A stretch of DNA of 64,000 bases from an uncultured Bacteroidales bacterium. Lineage in GTDB: Bacteria > Bacteroidota > Bacteroidia > Bacteroidales > UBA7960. The stretch is taken from positions 2,269 through 66,268 of the forward strand of contig CAZBGI010000010.1 of the NCBI GenBank assembly GCA_964491395.1. The letters run 5' to 3'. Positions 37,973 through 48,393 of the stretch are shown here, piece after piece. The translations under genes were made by a program, and so were the position numbers. The stretch's first letter is position 1; every line of letters begins with the position of its first letter. The notes under the pieces are model-generated. The model saw only the letters and a program-made list of their open reading frames with translations, had not been told where the DNA came from and searched no databases.

Positions 37973-38440
37973 ATGACGTTTATTATTTCAAGTCCTGCAT
38001 TTGAACAAGGACATAAAATACCTGCCATACACACCTGCGACGGAGATGATACTTCTCCTTCCCTGTGGTGGGAGGGTGAGCCTAAAGACACCGTTACTTA
38101 CGCGCTAATCATGGAAGATCCCGATGCCCCGGGAGGAACTTTTACCCATTGGATGGTTTATAACCTACCGGCTGATTGCCACGAACTGGAAAAGATTACC
38201 CCCATCCAGAAAAATCTCGATAATGGTGCCATCCAGGCCAAAAACGATTTTGGGAAAATAGGATACCGGGGTCCCTGCCCACCTAAAGGGGAAGAGCATC
38301 GATATTTTTTCCGGATTTTTGCCCTGAAAAAGAAATTGCCTCCCGAATCTATTCACAGTGGTGAAGATTTTCATGAAGCCTTAAAAGGATTGATTCTCGA
38401 GAAGGCTGAATACATGGGAACTTACTACAAAAAAACATGA
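37973..38440 (+). CDS. YbhB/YbcL-family PEBP (Raf-kinase-inhibitor-like) protein
   Basis: DPDAP, FTHW and GYRGPCPPKGEEHRYFF motifs. Confidence 0.9.
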   Translation: MTFIISSPAFEQGHKIPAIHTCDGDDTSPSLWWEGEPKDTVTYALIMEDPDAPGGTFTHWMVYNLPADCHELEKITPIQKNLDNGAIQAKNDFGKIGYRGPCPPKGEEHRYFFRIFALKKKLPPESIHSGEDFHEALKGLILEKAEYMGTYYKKT

Positions 38441-38580
38441 AAGCTTAATCGCATGAAATGAAAATGAATAACAAGGGATGCATTAACGTTTTTAGTGCAT
38501 CCTGTCATCTTGTATGCTGTGAAAAACCATATTCTCCTGGTAAAATTTCTCTGTGGCTTAATGAATAAATACGATAATTT

Positions 38581-40977
38581 ATGAGCAAATACATTCAGTT
38601 TTTTAGTGACTTAACCAATCAGGATACTGCATTGGTAGGAGGAAAAAATGCCTCTCTTGGTGAAATGATAAGTATCCTTCAACCCAAAGGTATTCGAATT
38701 CCCGCAGGATATGCCACTACGGCTGCGGCCTACCGTGACTACCTCGAGCATAACGGGTTGCGCGAAAAATTAACAGAATTGCTTAACAATCTTGACAAGA
38801 AGGATTTTAAAAATCTCAGGCAAACAGGCAAAAAAGCACGTGAACTGATCATGAAAGGAGAGTTTCCTGCAGATCTGAGCAAGGCCATCAAAGACGCTTA
38901 TAGAGAACTTGAGGAAAGAGAAGAGAGCCTGACCAGCGTGGCTGTAAGAAGCAGCGCTACAGCAGAGGATCTTCCTGAGGCATCGTTTGCCGGACAACAC
39001 GATTCCTTTATGAATGTAAAAGGACCAGAAAAAACACTGGAAGCCTGCAAAAAATGTTTTGCCTCTCTTTTTACAGATCGGGCCATTCAGTATCGCGAGC
39101 ACAATGGCTTTGATCACATGAAGGTTGCATTGTCTGCCGGCGTGCAGAAAATGGTTCGTTCCGATAAATCTTCAGCAGGCGTAATCTTTACAATTTTACC
39201 TGAAAGTGGCTATGAGGAAGTGATTTTTCTGACCGGAGCCTGGGGATTGGGTGACAATGTGGTACAGGGTGCAGTAAATGCCGATGAGTTTCACGTTTTC
39301 AAGCCTTCTTTGCGAAAGGGGCTGCGGGCCATCATTTCCAAAAAAACCGGTACCAAGGAAAAAACCATGGTGTATGCTCAAAGTAGCAAAAACAGCAATG
39401 CGACCACAAAAAATGTAAAAACACCTATAAAAGATCGCCGGAAATTCGTGCTTTCCGATGAAGAAATCGAAAAGCTGGCGATTTGGGCCCTTGAAATTGA
39501 AGATCATTATGGTATGGCCATGGATATAGAATGGGCCAAAGATGGTGATAGTGGAGAACTTTATATTGTACAGGCTCGTCCTGAAACGGTTCATAGCAGC
39601 GGGAAGAAGTCAAAGATTAAAGAATACAGACTGAAAGATGAAGGCAGAATATTGATTTCCGGTACTGCTATTGGCGAAAAAATTGCCAAAGGTACCGCCC
39701 GTATTCTGGCTTCACCTGATGAGGCCGACAAACTGAAGGAAGGAGATGTACTTATAACAGAAATTACCAATCCCGACTGGGATAATGTAATGAAGAAAGC
39801 TTCCGCCATTGTTACCAACAGTGGCGGGCGTACCAGCCATGCAGCCATTGTGGCCCGCGAACTGGGTGCTGTGGCAGTGGTGGGCACAGAAAACGCCACT
39901 GAGGCGATCAAAGATGGTCAGCAGGTTACCGTATCCTGCGCTGAGGGAGATAAAGGAAAAATCTATGAGGGGGCCTTGGAATGGGAGGAAGAAGAAATAG
40001 ATTTTGATAAATACGATGAACCTGAGACTGAAGTAATGCTTATTCTGGCAGACCCTTCCATTGCTTATTCCTACAGCAGTTACCCGGTTAAAGGGGTGGG
40101 GTTGATGCGACTCGAATTTATCATCAACAATGCCATTCAGATTCATCCCCTGGCGCTCTTGCATTTGGATAAACTCAAAGACGCAAAAGCGAAAAACAAA
40201 ATTGAGCAACTTACGGCTGCCTACCCTGATAAAGAAGGCTATTTTATAGAAAAACTCTCACAGGGAGTAGCTGAAATTGCCGCTGCCTTTTATCCGCGCG
40301 ATGTAATAGTTCGCATGACGGATTTCAAATCCAATGAATACGCTAATCTTATTGGAGGCCATGAATTTGAGCCTGATGAAGAAAACCCCATGCTGGGATT
40401 CAGAGGTGCCTCCCGGTATTACAGCGATGAATACAGAGATGGTTTCAGGATGGAATGTGAGGCCATGAAAAGAGTGAGAGATGAGATGGGTTTCACCAAT
40501 GTTAAGCTGATGGTGCCATTTTGCCGCACGGTGGAAGAAGGAAAAAGAGTAATTAACCTCATGGGCGATTATGGATTGAAACAAGGATGGAATGAATTGG
40601 AGATTTATGTGATGAGTGAAATTCCTTCCAATGTAATGCAAGGCGAAGAATTTGCCGAAATATTTGATGGCTTCTCCATTGGTTCCAATGACCTTACCCA
40701 ACTTACCCTGGGGCTCGACCGTGACTCGGAGCTGGTTAGCAACTTATTTGATGAGAATAATCCTGCTGCAAAGCAAATGATAAGTATGGCCATTGAGAAA
40801 GCCAAAAAGAAAGGACGCAAGATAGGGCTATGCGGACAAGCCCCCAGCGACTTTCCTGATTTTGCAGGGTTCCTGGTTGAGCAAGGTATCGATAGCATCT
40901 CCTTCAATCCCGATGCCGTGGCGAAAGGGATTAAAAACATCCTGAAAGCTGAAAATAATAAGTTGATGAAAAGTTGA
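38581..40977 (+). CDS. ppsA: Phosphoenolpyruvate synthase (pyruvate, water dikinase)
   Basis: 798 aa with an ATP-grasp N-terminal domain, phosphohistidine motif GGRTSHAAIVARELG and a PEP-utilising C-terminal TIM barrel. Confidence 0.95.
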   Translation: MSKYIQFFSDLTNQDTALVGGKNASLGEMISILQPKGIRIPAGYATTAAAYRDYLEHNGLREKLTELLNNLDKKDFKNLRQTGKKARELIMKGEFPADLSKAIKDAYRELEEREESLTSVAVRSSATAEDLPEASFAGQHDSFMNVKGPEKTLEACKKCFASLFTDRAIQYREHNGFDHMKVALSAGVQKMVRSDKSSAGVIFTILPESGYEEVIFLTGAWGLGDNVVQGAVNADEFHVFKPSLRKGLRAIISKKTGTKEKTMVYAQSSKNSNATTKNVKTPIKDRRKFVLSDEEIEKLAIWALEIEDHYGMAMDIEWAKDGDSGELYIVQARPETVHSSGKKSKIKEYRLKDEGRILISGTAIGEKIAKGTARILASPDEADKLKEGDVLITEITNPDWDNVMKKASAIVTNSGGRTSHAAIVARELGAVAVVGTENATEAIKDGQQVTVSCAEGDKGKIYEGALEWEEEEIDFDKYDEPETEVMLILADPSIAYSYSSYPVKGVGLMRLEFIINNAIQIHPLALLHLDKLKDAKAKNKIEQLTAAYPDKEGYFIEKLSQGVAEIAAAFYPRDVIVRMTDFKSNEYANLIGGHEFEPDEENPMLGFRGASRYYSDEYRDGFRMECEAMKRVRDEMGFTNVKLMVPFCRTVEEGKRVINLMGDYGLKQGWNELEIYVMSEIPSNVMQGEEFAEIFDGFSIGSNDLTQLTLGLDRDSELVSNLFDENNPAAKQMISMAIEKAKKKGRKIGLCGQAPSDFPDFAGFLVEQGIDSISFNPDAVAKGIKNILKAENNKLMKS

Positions 40978-41025
40978 CAGGAGTGCATCAAGGCTTTTAT
41001 AAAACTCTATTTGCAAAAACAGCGC

Positions 41026-42072
41026 ATGAAAAACCTGAGAAAGATTAACCAAATACTTCTGTTTATAATTATCGTTATTACATTGTTTTATTTTGGGGCT
41101 ACTTTCTTGATCCCATTTGTTTTTGGTATTTTCTTCGCTATCCTCATGTCGCCTTTTGCCAATATGATAGAAAAAGTATGGAATAATCGCATATTCTCTT
41201 CCCTGATAGGTACTCTGGTTGTTTTAATTGTTGTAGGAGGAGTGATGTACATTTTCGTATATCAGATGAGTCTTTTTGTGTCCGATATTTCTTCCATCAG
41301 AAACGAAATCATGAGTGTGGTTCAAGACCTGCAGGACAGAATAATGAAGGCTACTAATCTCTCCTTTGAGGAGCAAAAGAATTTGTTGCAAAACAGATCG
41401 GAGAATTTATTGAATTCCCTGGAAACAGGACTTACAAGTTTTTTGGGAAATATATTGAATACAGCTGCCGGTTTTTTAATGGCATTGGTATATGTATTCC
41501 TGCTTATGTATTACAGAGATAAGTTTTTGGAATCAATATTGATGTATGTAAATAAGAATAATATTGAAGAAGCCAAAGAAGTACTGCAAAGAATCAGCAG
41601 GGTGGTATATCAATATTTATGGGCCAGAGCCAAGGTAATGAGTATATTGGCCGTAATGTATTATATTACCCTTCTCATCTTTGATATCCCTTACGCATTG
41701 TTGCTGACCATTTTCGGTGCGTTTATTACTATTATCCCTTACCTTGGAACTGTCATCAGTGGCTTAATTCCTATGGTGTTTTCTTTTATTTATCTGGAAA
41801 ATATTCAGACAGCCCTGTTATTTTCCTTTATTATCATTATTGTGCATTCTATTGAAAGTTATATTCTGGAGCCACTGATAATAGGTAATGAAGTAAAAAT
41901 AAATCCCTTATTTGTAATCATCGCCATTGTGATAGGAGGTATGATCTGGGGTTTAGCCGGAATGATTCTTTTTGTACCCATATTTGCCATGTTCAAAATC
42001 ATTTCCAATCATACAGTCGGGTTAAAACCCATAGGATATTTATTCGGAGATACAAAGAAAGTCAAAAGATAA
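41026..42072 (+). CDS. AI-2E family transporter (PerM/UPF0118)
   Basis: About 8 TM segments with AI-2E-like topology and length. The ATG at 41026 is preferred over the TTG at 41011. Confidence 0.75.
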   Translation: MKNLRKINQILLFIIIVITLFYFGATFLIPFVFGIFFAILMSPFANMIEKVWNNRIFSSLIGTLVVLIVVGGVMYIFVYQMSLFVSDISSIRNEIMSVVQDLQDRIMKATNLSFEEQKNLLQNRSENLLNSLETGLTSFLGNILNTAAGFLMALVYVFLLMYYRDKFLESILMYVNKNNIEEAKEVLQRISRVVYQYLWARAKVMSILAVMYYITLLIFDIPYALLLTIFGAFITIIPYLGTVISGLIPMVFSFIYLENIQTALLFSFIIIIVHSIESYILEPLIIGNEVKINPLFVIIAIVIGGMIWGLAGMILFVPIFAMFKIISNHTVGLKPIGYLFGDTKKVKR

Positions 42073-42131
42073 GTGAAGTGAAACTTCCCAAATCCCTCTA
42101 AATTTTTATATAAAACGCAGATAATTTATTA

Positions 42132-44915
42132 ATGGGACTCGTCCCGGCAAATGATTTTTTTATTATGACCGATTCACCTTCTAAAAAAAATATCGACGAT
42201 GCTTATATGACTTCCATTGAGGATTTATCAGAAAAGTTATCCACTGATTATAACAAAGGACTTTCAGCTCAGGAAGCAAAAAACAGGTTGAAAAAATACG
42301 GACAGAACAAACTTAAAGAACATAAAAAACGAAGCATTTGGCAAATTTTGCTCTCTCAGGTTTTGAGTCCGGTCATCTATCTGCTTACTGCTGCTGCCGT
42401 ACTGGCATTTGTTTTCGGCGATATTCCCGAAGGTATCGCCATTGTTATTGTGCTTTTAATCAATACATTAATAGGATTTTGGATGGAATACAAGGCCGAA
42501 AAATCTATGGATGCATTGAAAAAAATGGATAAAATCCAATGTCGGGTATTGCGCGATGGAGAAGAGAAGGACATAGATGCAGAGCATATTGTGCCGGGAG
42601 ATATCCTGATTGTAGATTCGGGAGATTTGATAGCTGCCGACGCAAGGATTTTCCATACTACCGAACTGGCTGTGGATGAATCACCCCTTACCGGTGAATC
42701 GGTGCCGGTAAATAAAACTACCGATGCAATGGAAGAAGAGAAAAGTTTGGGCGACCGTACCAATATTTTATACAAGGGAACCGCTGTTACCAATGGTTTT
42801 GGGAAAGCCATTGTATATGCCACCGGCATGGAGACGGAATTAGGCAATATCTCAGATTTGGTGGGGGGAGAAGAAAAAGACGAGATTCCTCTGCAAAAAA
42901 AACTGAATAAACTTACCCAGAACCTGATTTGGGTTACATTGGGATTGGCCGCAGCCTTTGCCTTGTTTGGGTTGCTGGCGGGTAAGGAGCTTTATGAGCT
43001 TATCCAGACAGCTATCGCCTGGACCATTGCCGCTATTCCTGAAGGGCTTCCCATCGTGGCCAGCATTGCACTGGCCAGGGGAATGATAAAGATGGCCCGC
43101 AAGAATGTCATTATAAAGAAACTGGAAGCGGTTGAAACATTGGGTGAAACCACCGTAATTTTTACCGATAAAACCGGTACCCTCACCCGCAATAAGCTCA
43201 GTGTAAAAACCTTATTATTCTCTAATGACCAAAAGATACATGTTGATGCAAACAAAAAAGAAGCTACTGATACTGATGAAGAGGAAACAGAAAAGGAAAG
43301 TGATTATTTCCGGCACTTTTTAAAAATTTCTGTGCTTGCCAATGACGCCACACTGGGTGAAGGGGATAGTGAAAACCAGGAAAAAAGCGATCAGGAAGAT
43401 CAACAGGAAGAAAAAAAAGATGACGGTGATCCCCTGGAAATCGCTCTTCTGCAATACGTTAAAAATCAGGACCCTGATTTGTTTACAGAATTCCGGGAAA
43501 TGGAAAGAAAGCGTCATGATCCTTTTGATTCTGATGACATGGTTATGGGTGCGGTTTATGCAGATAAAGAGGGTTATTATGTAGCCGGCAAAGGGGCTGC
43601 ACATGCCATCACCCAAAGATCTGCCAAAATTCTTATTGAAGGCAAAGAAAAAGACTTTTCTGATGATGACAAGGATACGTGGATGAAGAAAAATGATGAA
43701 TTGGCTGATGAAGGGCTGAGGGTTCTGGCCTTTGCCTATAAAAAAACCCAGAACCTCCCCGCTGATAATGAAGAGGAAGATTTTTTACAGGATTTAGTAT
43801 TTATGGGTTTGGTGGGTTTTCTTGACCCTCCGAGAAAGGAAGTGGTTGATGCCATATCCTTGTGCAAGCAGGCAGGCATTAAGGTGGTGATGGTAACCGG
43901 CGACCATCCGGGCACAGCCACCAATGTTGGGGAACAAATTGATTTATTTGAGGATGAGGACAAAGACGAAAACCTCACGCTTTCAGGAAGCGATCTCCAG
44001 GAAGCCCTTGATAATGACGATAATGAAAAACTTGTCAACACCCTGATTTTTTCCAGGGTAAACCCCGAGCAGAAACTAAGCCTGATAGAACACTTTCAGC
44101 AAAAAGGCGAAATTACCGCCATGACGGGTGATGGGGTAAACGATGCCCCTGCCCTTAAAAAAGCCAATATAGGCATTGCCATGGGCAAAAGAGGAACCCA
44201 GATAGCACAGGAAGTTTCAGATATGGTGTTGAAAGACGATGCATTTGGGTCTATTGTAAATGCCATTGAGCATGGACGGATAATTTTTGGTAATATCCGT
44301 AAATTTATCCTCTATCAGCTTTCTTACCACCTTAGTGAAATATTGATTATTGGCCTCATAAGTTTTACCCTTTTCACACTACCCCTGTTGCCACTCCAAT
44401 TATTATTTCTCAACTTACTCTCGGATGTCTTTCCGGCATTGGCCCTGGGTGTGGGTGAAGGAGACCCGGGTGTAATGCAGAAGCAACCTAAAAACCCTAA
44501 GGAACCTATTTTGAATAAAAGAAACTGGTTTCAGATAGGATTGTATGCCTTTGTTTTAATGCTTAGCATTTCGGGAGGGTATTACTACGCACATTATGTT
44601 TGGGAAGAATCAGTGGAAGTAAAAAATAATATTGCTTTTTTTAGTCTTGCCATCGCACAGTTGATTCATGTTTTTAATATGCGTGAAGCAGAGGAACCCT
44701 TCTTCAGGAACCAGGTTACCCGCAACAAGTATATCTGGATGGCTCTGGCCCTGTGCTTTGGAGCATTGTTTGCCGCCTACAGTATTCCAGACATTGCAGA
44801 AGTATTATCATTTGAAAAACTGGAATGGAAGGTATGGAAGCTTATTGCTGTATGTAGCATTTTGCCGCTTATAATTATTCAAACCATTAAGTTTCTCTAT
44901 CAAAAACTTAATTGA
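42132..44915 (+). CDS. P-type cation-transporting ATPase, type II (Ca2+-ATPase-like)
   Basis: DKTGTLT phosphorylation site, PEGLP in TM4, TGDGVNDAPALKKA hinge. The start is uncertain (ATG at 42132, 42165 or 42207). Confidence 0.92.
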   Translation: MGLVPANDFFIMTDSPSKKNIDDAYMTSIEDLSEKLSTDYNKGLSAQEAKNRLKKYGQNKLKEHKKRSIWQILLSQVLSPVIYLLTAAAVLAFVFGDIPEGIAIVIVLLINTLIGFWMEYKAEKSMDALKKMDKIQCRVLRDGEEKDIDAEHIVPGDILIVDSGDLIAADARIFHTTELAVDESPLTGESVPVNKTTDAMEEEKSLGDRTNILYKGTAVTNGFGKAIVYATGMETELGNISDLVGGEEKDEIPLQKKLNKLTQNLIWVTLGLAAAFALFGLLAGKELYELIQTAIAWTIAAIPEGLPIVASIALARGMIKMARKNVIIKKLEAVETLGETTVIFTDKTGTLTRNKLSVKTLLFSNDQKIHVDANKKEATDTDEEETEKESDYFRHFLKISVLANDATLGEGDSENQEKSDQEDQQEEKKDDGDPLEIALLQYVKNQDPDLFTEFREMERKRHDPFDSDDMVMGAVYADKEGYYVAGKGAAHAITQRSAKILIEGKEKDFSDDDKDTWMKKNDELADEGLRVLAFAYKKTQNLPADNEEEDFLQDLVFMGLVGFLDPPRKEVVDAISLCKQAGIKVVMVTGDHPGTATNVGEQIDLFEDEDKDENLTLSGSDLQEALDNDDNEKLVNTLIFSRVNPEQKLSLIEHFQQKGEITAMTGDGVNDAPALKKANIGIAMGKRGTQIAQEVSDMVLKDDAFGSIVNAIEHGRIIFGNIRKFILYQLSYHLSEILIIGLISFTLFTLPLLPLQLLFLNLLSDVFPALALGVGEGDPGVMQKQPKNPKEPILNKRNWFQIGLYAFVLMLSISGGYYYAHYVWEESVEVKNNIAFFSLAIAQLIHVFNMREAEEPFFRNQVTRNKYIWMALALCFGALFAAYSIPDIAEVLSFEKLEWKVWKLIAVCSILPLIIIQTIKFLYQKLN

Positions 44916-45194
44916 TTTTCAGGATATTTACGCTGCATGTTTTTACCCAACCTTGTGGAGATATTTCTACATGCTGATTTTGATTTTTTATTAGGATAAT
45001 CCCTTATAACATTGGATAGTAAAAATCCTGTATAAAGTTTTTCACGGAAAAAGCCCATTCAAAGCTAAAAACAAACTAACCGGTTTTTAGATGAGGTGTT
45101 GAAGGGATGATGCACAAGGTCAACGGTACAATAATTGGGATTTAAAAGATAAAACATGTTCTTATTTATAACCCTCTAAATAGAATCAATAGTT

Positions 45195-45815
45195 ATGACC
45201 ATATTTATAAAAAACACGCACTTGCTGTTAATCCTGATTCTTGTTTTTTTTGGGGCCGGTTGCGGTACAGCTCCCGATTCGGAAAAATTTCGACAAGAGC
45301 TTACGGATATCAATACCCAAATGAAGGAAACCCTTGAGCAAATGGAGCACTTGAAAGATGAAAAAGACGTATCCGTATTTAAAGATAAAGCAAGTGCTCT
45401 CCTGGGAGCCATAAATAATGATATTGAGCAATACCATCTCCTTATGGATGAGACCAATCAGAAAATTGACAAAGAGGCCCGGGATCGTATCATCAACTTT
45501 AAAGAGAAAAAAGTGGAAATAGACTATAAATTATCCTTGTTAAGTAACGAGGCAAATTATCTACCCCAAAGAGACACTTTGTCATATGCTGATACTGTAC
45601 TTACCTCCCGCACTGCCAGTGGCTCTGCTGTAACCCATGAGATAGAGCCGCTTGAAGTTGATGAAACAGAAGTTCCTATGAGCCGCGATACCTCATTGGC
45701 TCTTGCTAAATCTAATGAATGGGAGTATGCCGGAGTTAATCTCAGGGATGAACTAATGAACGATTTACAGGAAATCCATGAATTAATGGAAGTTTTCAGG
45801 GAAAGAAACCTGTGA
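45195..45815 (+). CDS. Hypothetical lipoprotein, predicted helical or coiled-coil
   Basis: Signal peptide with the lipobox-like LVFFGAGC. Charged helical heptad-like sequence. No family recognised. Confidence 0.5.
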   Translation: MTIFIKNTHLLLILILVFFGAGCGTAPDSEKFRQELTDINTQMKETLEQMEHLKDEKDVSVFKDKASALLGAINNDIEQYHLLMDETNQKIDKEARDRIINFKEKKVEIDYKLSLLSNEANYLPQRDTLSYADTVLTSRTASGSAVTHEIEPLEVDETEVPMSRDTSLALAKSNEWEYAGVNLRDELMNDLQEIHELMEVFRERNL

Positions 45816-45868
45816 AACTTCCACAATATCGCAACTACACATATTTACTAATATAAAAAAAATGTATT

Positions 45869-46054
45869 ATGGATAAATTTGAAATAAAAGGAAACTGGGA
45901 AGAAATTAGAACCAGACTACAGCAAAAATATCCTGGTTTAAGTAAAGATGATCTTACATACACAGTAGGTCAGGGAGAGGAATTATTACGCAAATTAGGG
46001 GAAAAAACAGGTCGGTCAAGAGAAGCTTTGATCAAGGATTTGAATTCAATGTAG
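45869..46054 (+). CDS. CsbD-family general stress protein
   Basis: 61 aa; KGNWEEIRTRLQQKYPGLSKDDL pattern is typical of CsbD. Confidence 0.75.
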   Translation: MDKFEIKGNWEEIRTRLQQKYPGLSKDDLTYTVGQGEELLRKLGEKTGRSREALIKDLNSM

Positions 46055-46105
46055 AATAATCAGATATTTTAAGTTTGTTTATTAAAAAAAAGGAGAAATC
46101 ATATT

Positions 46106-47476
46106 ATGTTGAAATCTATCAATCCATTTACCAATGAAACTCTGGCTGAATTAGAATTAATCAATGTGGCAGATCTTGATAAAAATCTGGATCGGGCACA
46201 GAATGGTTTTGTAAGCTGGCGACAAACGAGTTTCGACAAACGCAGCCAAATGCTCATGACACTGGCATCAACATTGAAAAAGAATAAAGATACATATGCC
46301 AGGTTGATTAGTCGTGAGATGGGCAAAGTTGTAAAAGAATCGAAAAAAGAGGTGGAGAAATCGGCCATGGTGCTCGAGTATTTTGCCGAACATGGACCCG
46401 GTTATCTGGAAGATGAACGGACAAAAGCACAGGAAGGGCAGGGAGTAATCATTTATGAGCCTATGGGAGTTGTGCTGGCAATTATGCCCTGGAATTATCC
46501 TTTCTGGCAATTCTTTCGGTTTGCAGCCACTACGCTAATGGCCGGCAATAGCATTTTGTTGAAACACTCGTCAAATGTGCCTCTTTGTGCCCAAAAAATC
46601 CAGGAGATATTTGATGCTGCAAATTTCCCTCCCGGGGTGCTTCAAAACCTGATTACCTCTTCGTCCCATATGAATAATATCATCAAGGATCGTCGTGTTC
46701 AGGCAGTAAGTCTCACCGGCGGAATTGCTGCCGGAGCTGATGTTGCAGCCCATGCCGGAAGGCACATAAAAAAAACAGTGCTGGAACTTGGCGGCAGTGA
46801 TCCTTTTATAGTGCTCGATGATGCTGATGTGAAAAAAGCAGCCCAATCGGGGGTGAAAGGAAGAATGAAGAATTTTGGACAGAGTTGTGATGCTGCAAAA
46901 CGTTTTATTCTTCACAAAGATATTGCTGATGAATTTATGGAGGAATTTAAAAAAGAAATGTCTTCTTTAGTATTTGGTGATCCCTTGAATGAGGATTCCG
47001 ATTATGGTTCATTAGCCAGTAAAGAGCAAAAGGAATTGCTCGACCAACAAGTAGCTCAAACCCTGGGCAAGGATGCTGAAATATTCTGGAAAGAAATGAA
47101 AACTCCTGAGGAAGGCGCATTTTTTAACCCGATGATTATTACCAATATCCAATCGGATACTCCTGCTTATAAAGATGAGCTCTTTGGTCCTGTAGCCCCC
47201 ATGTTTGTGGTGAATGATGATAATGAGGCTCTTATGCTGGCCAATGATACCCAATACGGGCTTGGGGCATCCATCTGGTCATTGGATTTTGACAGGGCAC
47301 GCTCGATGGCTTCCAAGGTAGAAGCAGGAATCGTAAACATTAATCATGAAGTACATTCCATGCCCGAACTGCCTTTTGGAGGTGTCAAGAAATCTGGTAT
47401 AGGAAGAGAAATGGCCGGAGAAGGAATCAGGGAATTTACCAACAAAAAAGCGCTCTGGTATCCTACAAAAGAATAA
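46106..47476 (+). CDS. NAD(P)-dependent aldehyde dehydrogenase (succinate-semialdehyde dehydrogenase-like)
   Basis: ELGGSDPFIV and the catalytic Cys region FGQSCDAAKRF. AAGGAGA SD lies 9 nt upstream. Confidence 0.85.
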   Translation: MLKSINPFTNETLAELELINVADLDKNLDRAQNGFVSWRQTSFDKRSQMLMTLASTLKKNKDTYARLISREMGKVVKESKKEVEKSAMVLEYFAEHGPGYLEDERTKAQEGQGVIIYEPMGVVLAIMPWNYPFWQFFRFAATTLMAGNSILLKHSSNVPLCAQKIQEIFDAANFPPGVLQNLITSSSHMNNIIKDRRVQAVSLTGGIAAGADVAAHAGRHIKKTVLELGGSDPFIVLDDADVKKAAQSGVKGRMKNFGQSCDAAKRFILHKDIADEFMEEFKKEMSSLVFGDPLNEDSDYGSLASKEQKELLDQQVAQTLGKDAEIFWKEMKTPEEGAFFNPMIITNIQSDTPAYKDELFGPVAPMFVVNDDNEALMLANDTQYGLGASIWSLDFDRARSMASKVEAGIVNINHEVHSMPELPFGGVKKSGIGREMAGEGIREFTNKKALWYPTKE

Positions 47477-47610
47477 ATATGGTTTTAAACCATGCTAACA
47501 GTGGCCGAGCCTGATAAAAGGGTATTAAAAGTAATGCTGGTTATTTCAAAATTATATAGAATAAAGAATTTTTTTCGATTCGATAGTTAACCCTAAAAAA
47601 ACCCACAACG

Positions 47611-48237
47611 ATGAACAGCAAAGAAAGAATGATTGAACAACACCTCATGGGTCGGGATATTGAGGATAGCAGAGTACTGGAAGCCATGAAAAGGGTGGAA
47701 AGGGAAATTTTTGTCCCTGAGGGTCTTAAATACAGGGCTTACGAAGATTCTCCTCTACCCATTGGAGAAGGACAAACCATAAGCCAACCTTATATTGTAG
47801 CTTACATGGCACAAATACTTAATCCTCAGCTGCATGAAAAAATTCTGGAAGTAGGTAGCGGATGTGGATATAATGCAGCGGTATTAGCACAACTTTCTGA
47901 TCATGTGTATAGTGTGGAAGTAATAGAATGGCTTGCAGATCTGGCTAAAATGAACCTGAAGCAAGCAGACGTTAAAAATGTAACGGTAAAGCATGGCGAT
48001 GGATATCACGGATGGCCTGAACATGCTCCGTTTGACAAAATAATGCTTACCGCTGCTACACCGATGATTCCTGCACAATTAAAAGAACAATTGGTAATCG
48101 GAGGTAAAATCCTGGCTCCGGTAAGCAATGCCTATCAAAAACTCATTTTACTGGAGAAAACCGGAGAAAACGAATTTAAGGAGCATGACCTGATATATGT
48201 TCGTTTTGTGCCCATGACCGGGGAGAGTCAGAAATAA
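47611..48237 (+). CDS. pcm: Protein-L-isoaspartate O-methyltransferase
   Basis: TISQPYIVAYM and the SAM motif LEVGSGCGYNAA. Confidence 0.93.
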   Translation: MNSKERMIEQHLMGRDIEDSRVLEAMKRVEREIFVPEGLKYRAYEDSPLPIGEGQTISQPYIVAYMAQILNPQLHEKILEVGSGCGYNAAVLAQLSDHVYSVEVIEWLADLAKMNLKQADVKNVTVKHGDGYHGWPEHAPFDKIMLTAATPMIPAQLKEQLVIGGKILAPVSNAYQKLILLEKTGENEFKEHDLIYVRFVPMTGESQK

Positions 48238-48268
48238 AGTACCTAAACCTGTGTAAAAATTTACAAAT

Positions 48269-48312
48269 ACTTGCCCTGTCTTAATTGGTGAAAAGACAGG
48301 GCAAGTTATTTT
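48269..48312 (+). terminator. Intrinsic terminator after pcm (in the convergent gap with the esterase gene)
   Basis: 14-bp stem ACTTGCCCTGTCTT (48269-48282) with AAGACAGGGCAAGT (48293-48306), then TATTTT. Confidence 0.75.
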
Positions 48313-48393
48313 GAATAAAACATTCGCTACTTAATTGGTTAAAATGGTACTTGTCTGTTCCGGTATAAAAGTTCGCAGTCGAAAGTGACAATG

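Noticed and set aside
45813-45820. TGAAACTT in three spacers (20853-20860, 42079-42086, 45813-45820), considered as an ECF-sigma -35-like element
   Set aside because: No consistent -10 element (such as CGTA or CGTC) occurs at 16-17 nt in any of the three. An 8-mer found post hoc three times is weak evidence, and one copy overlaps a stop codon.
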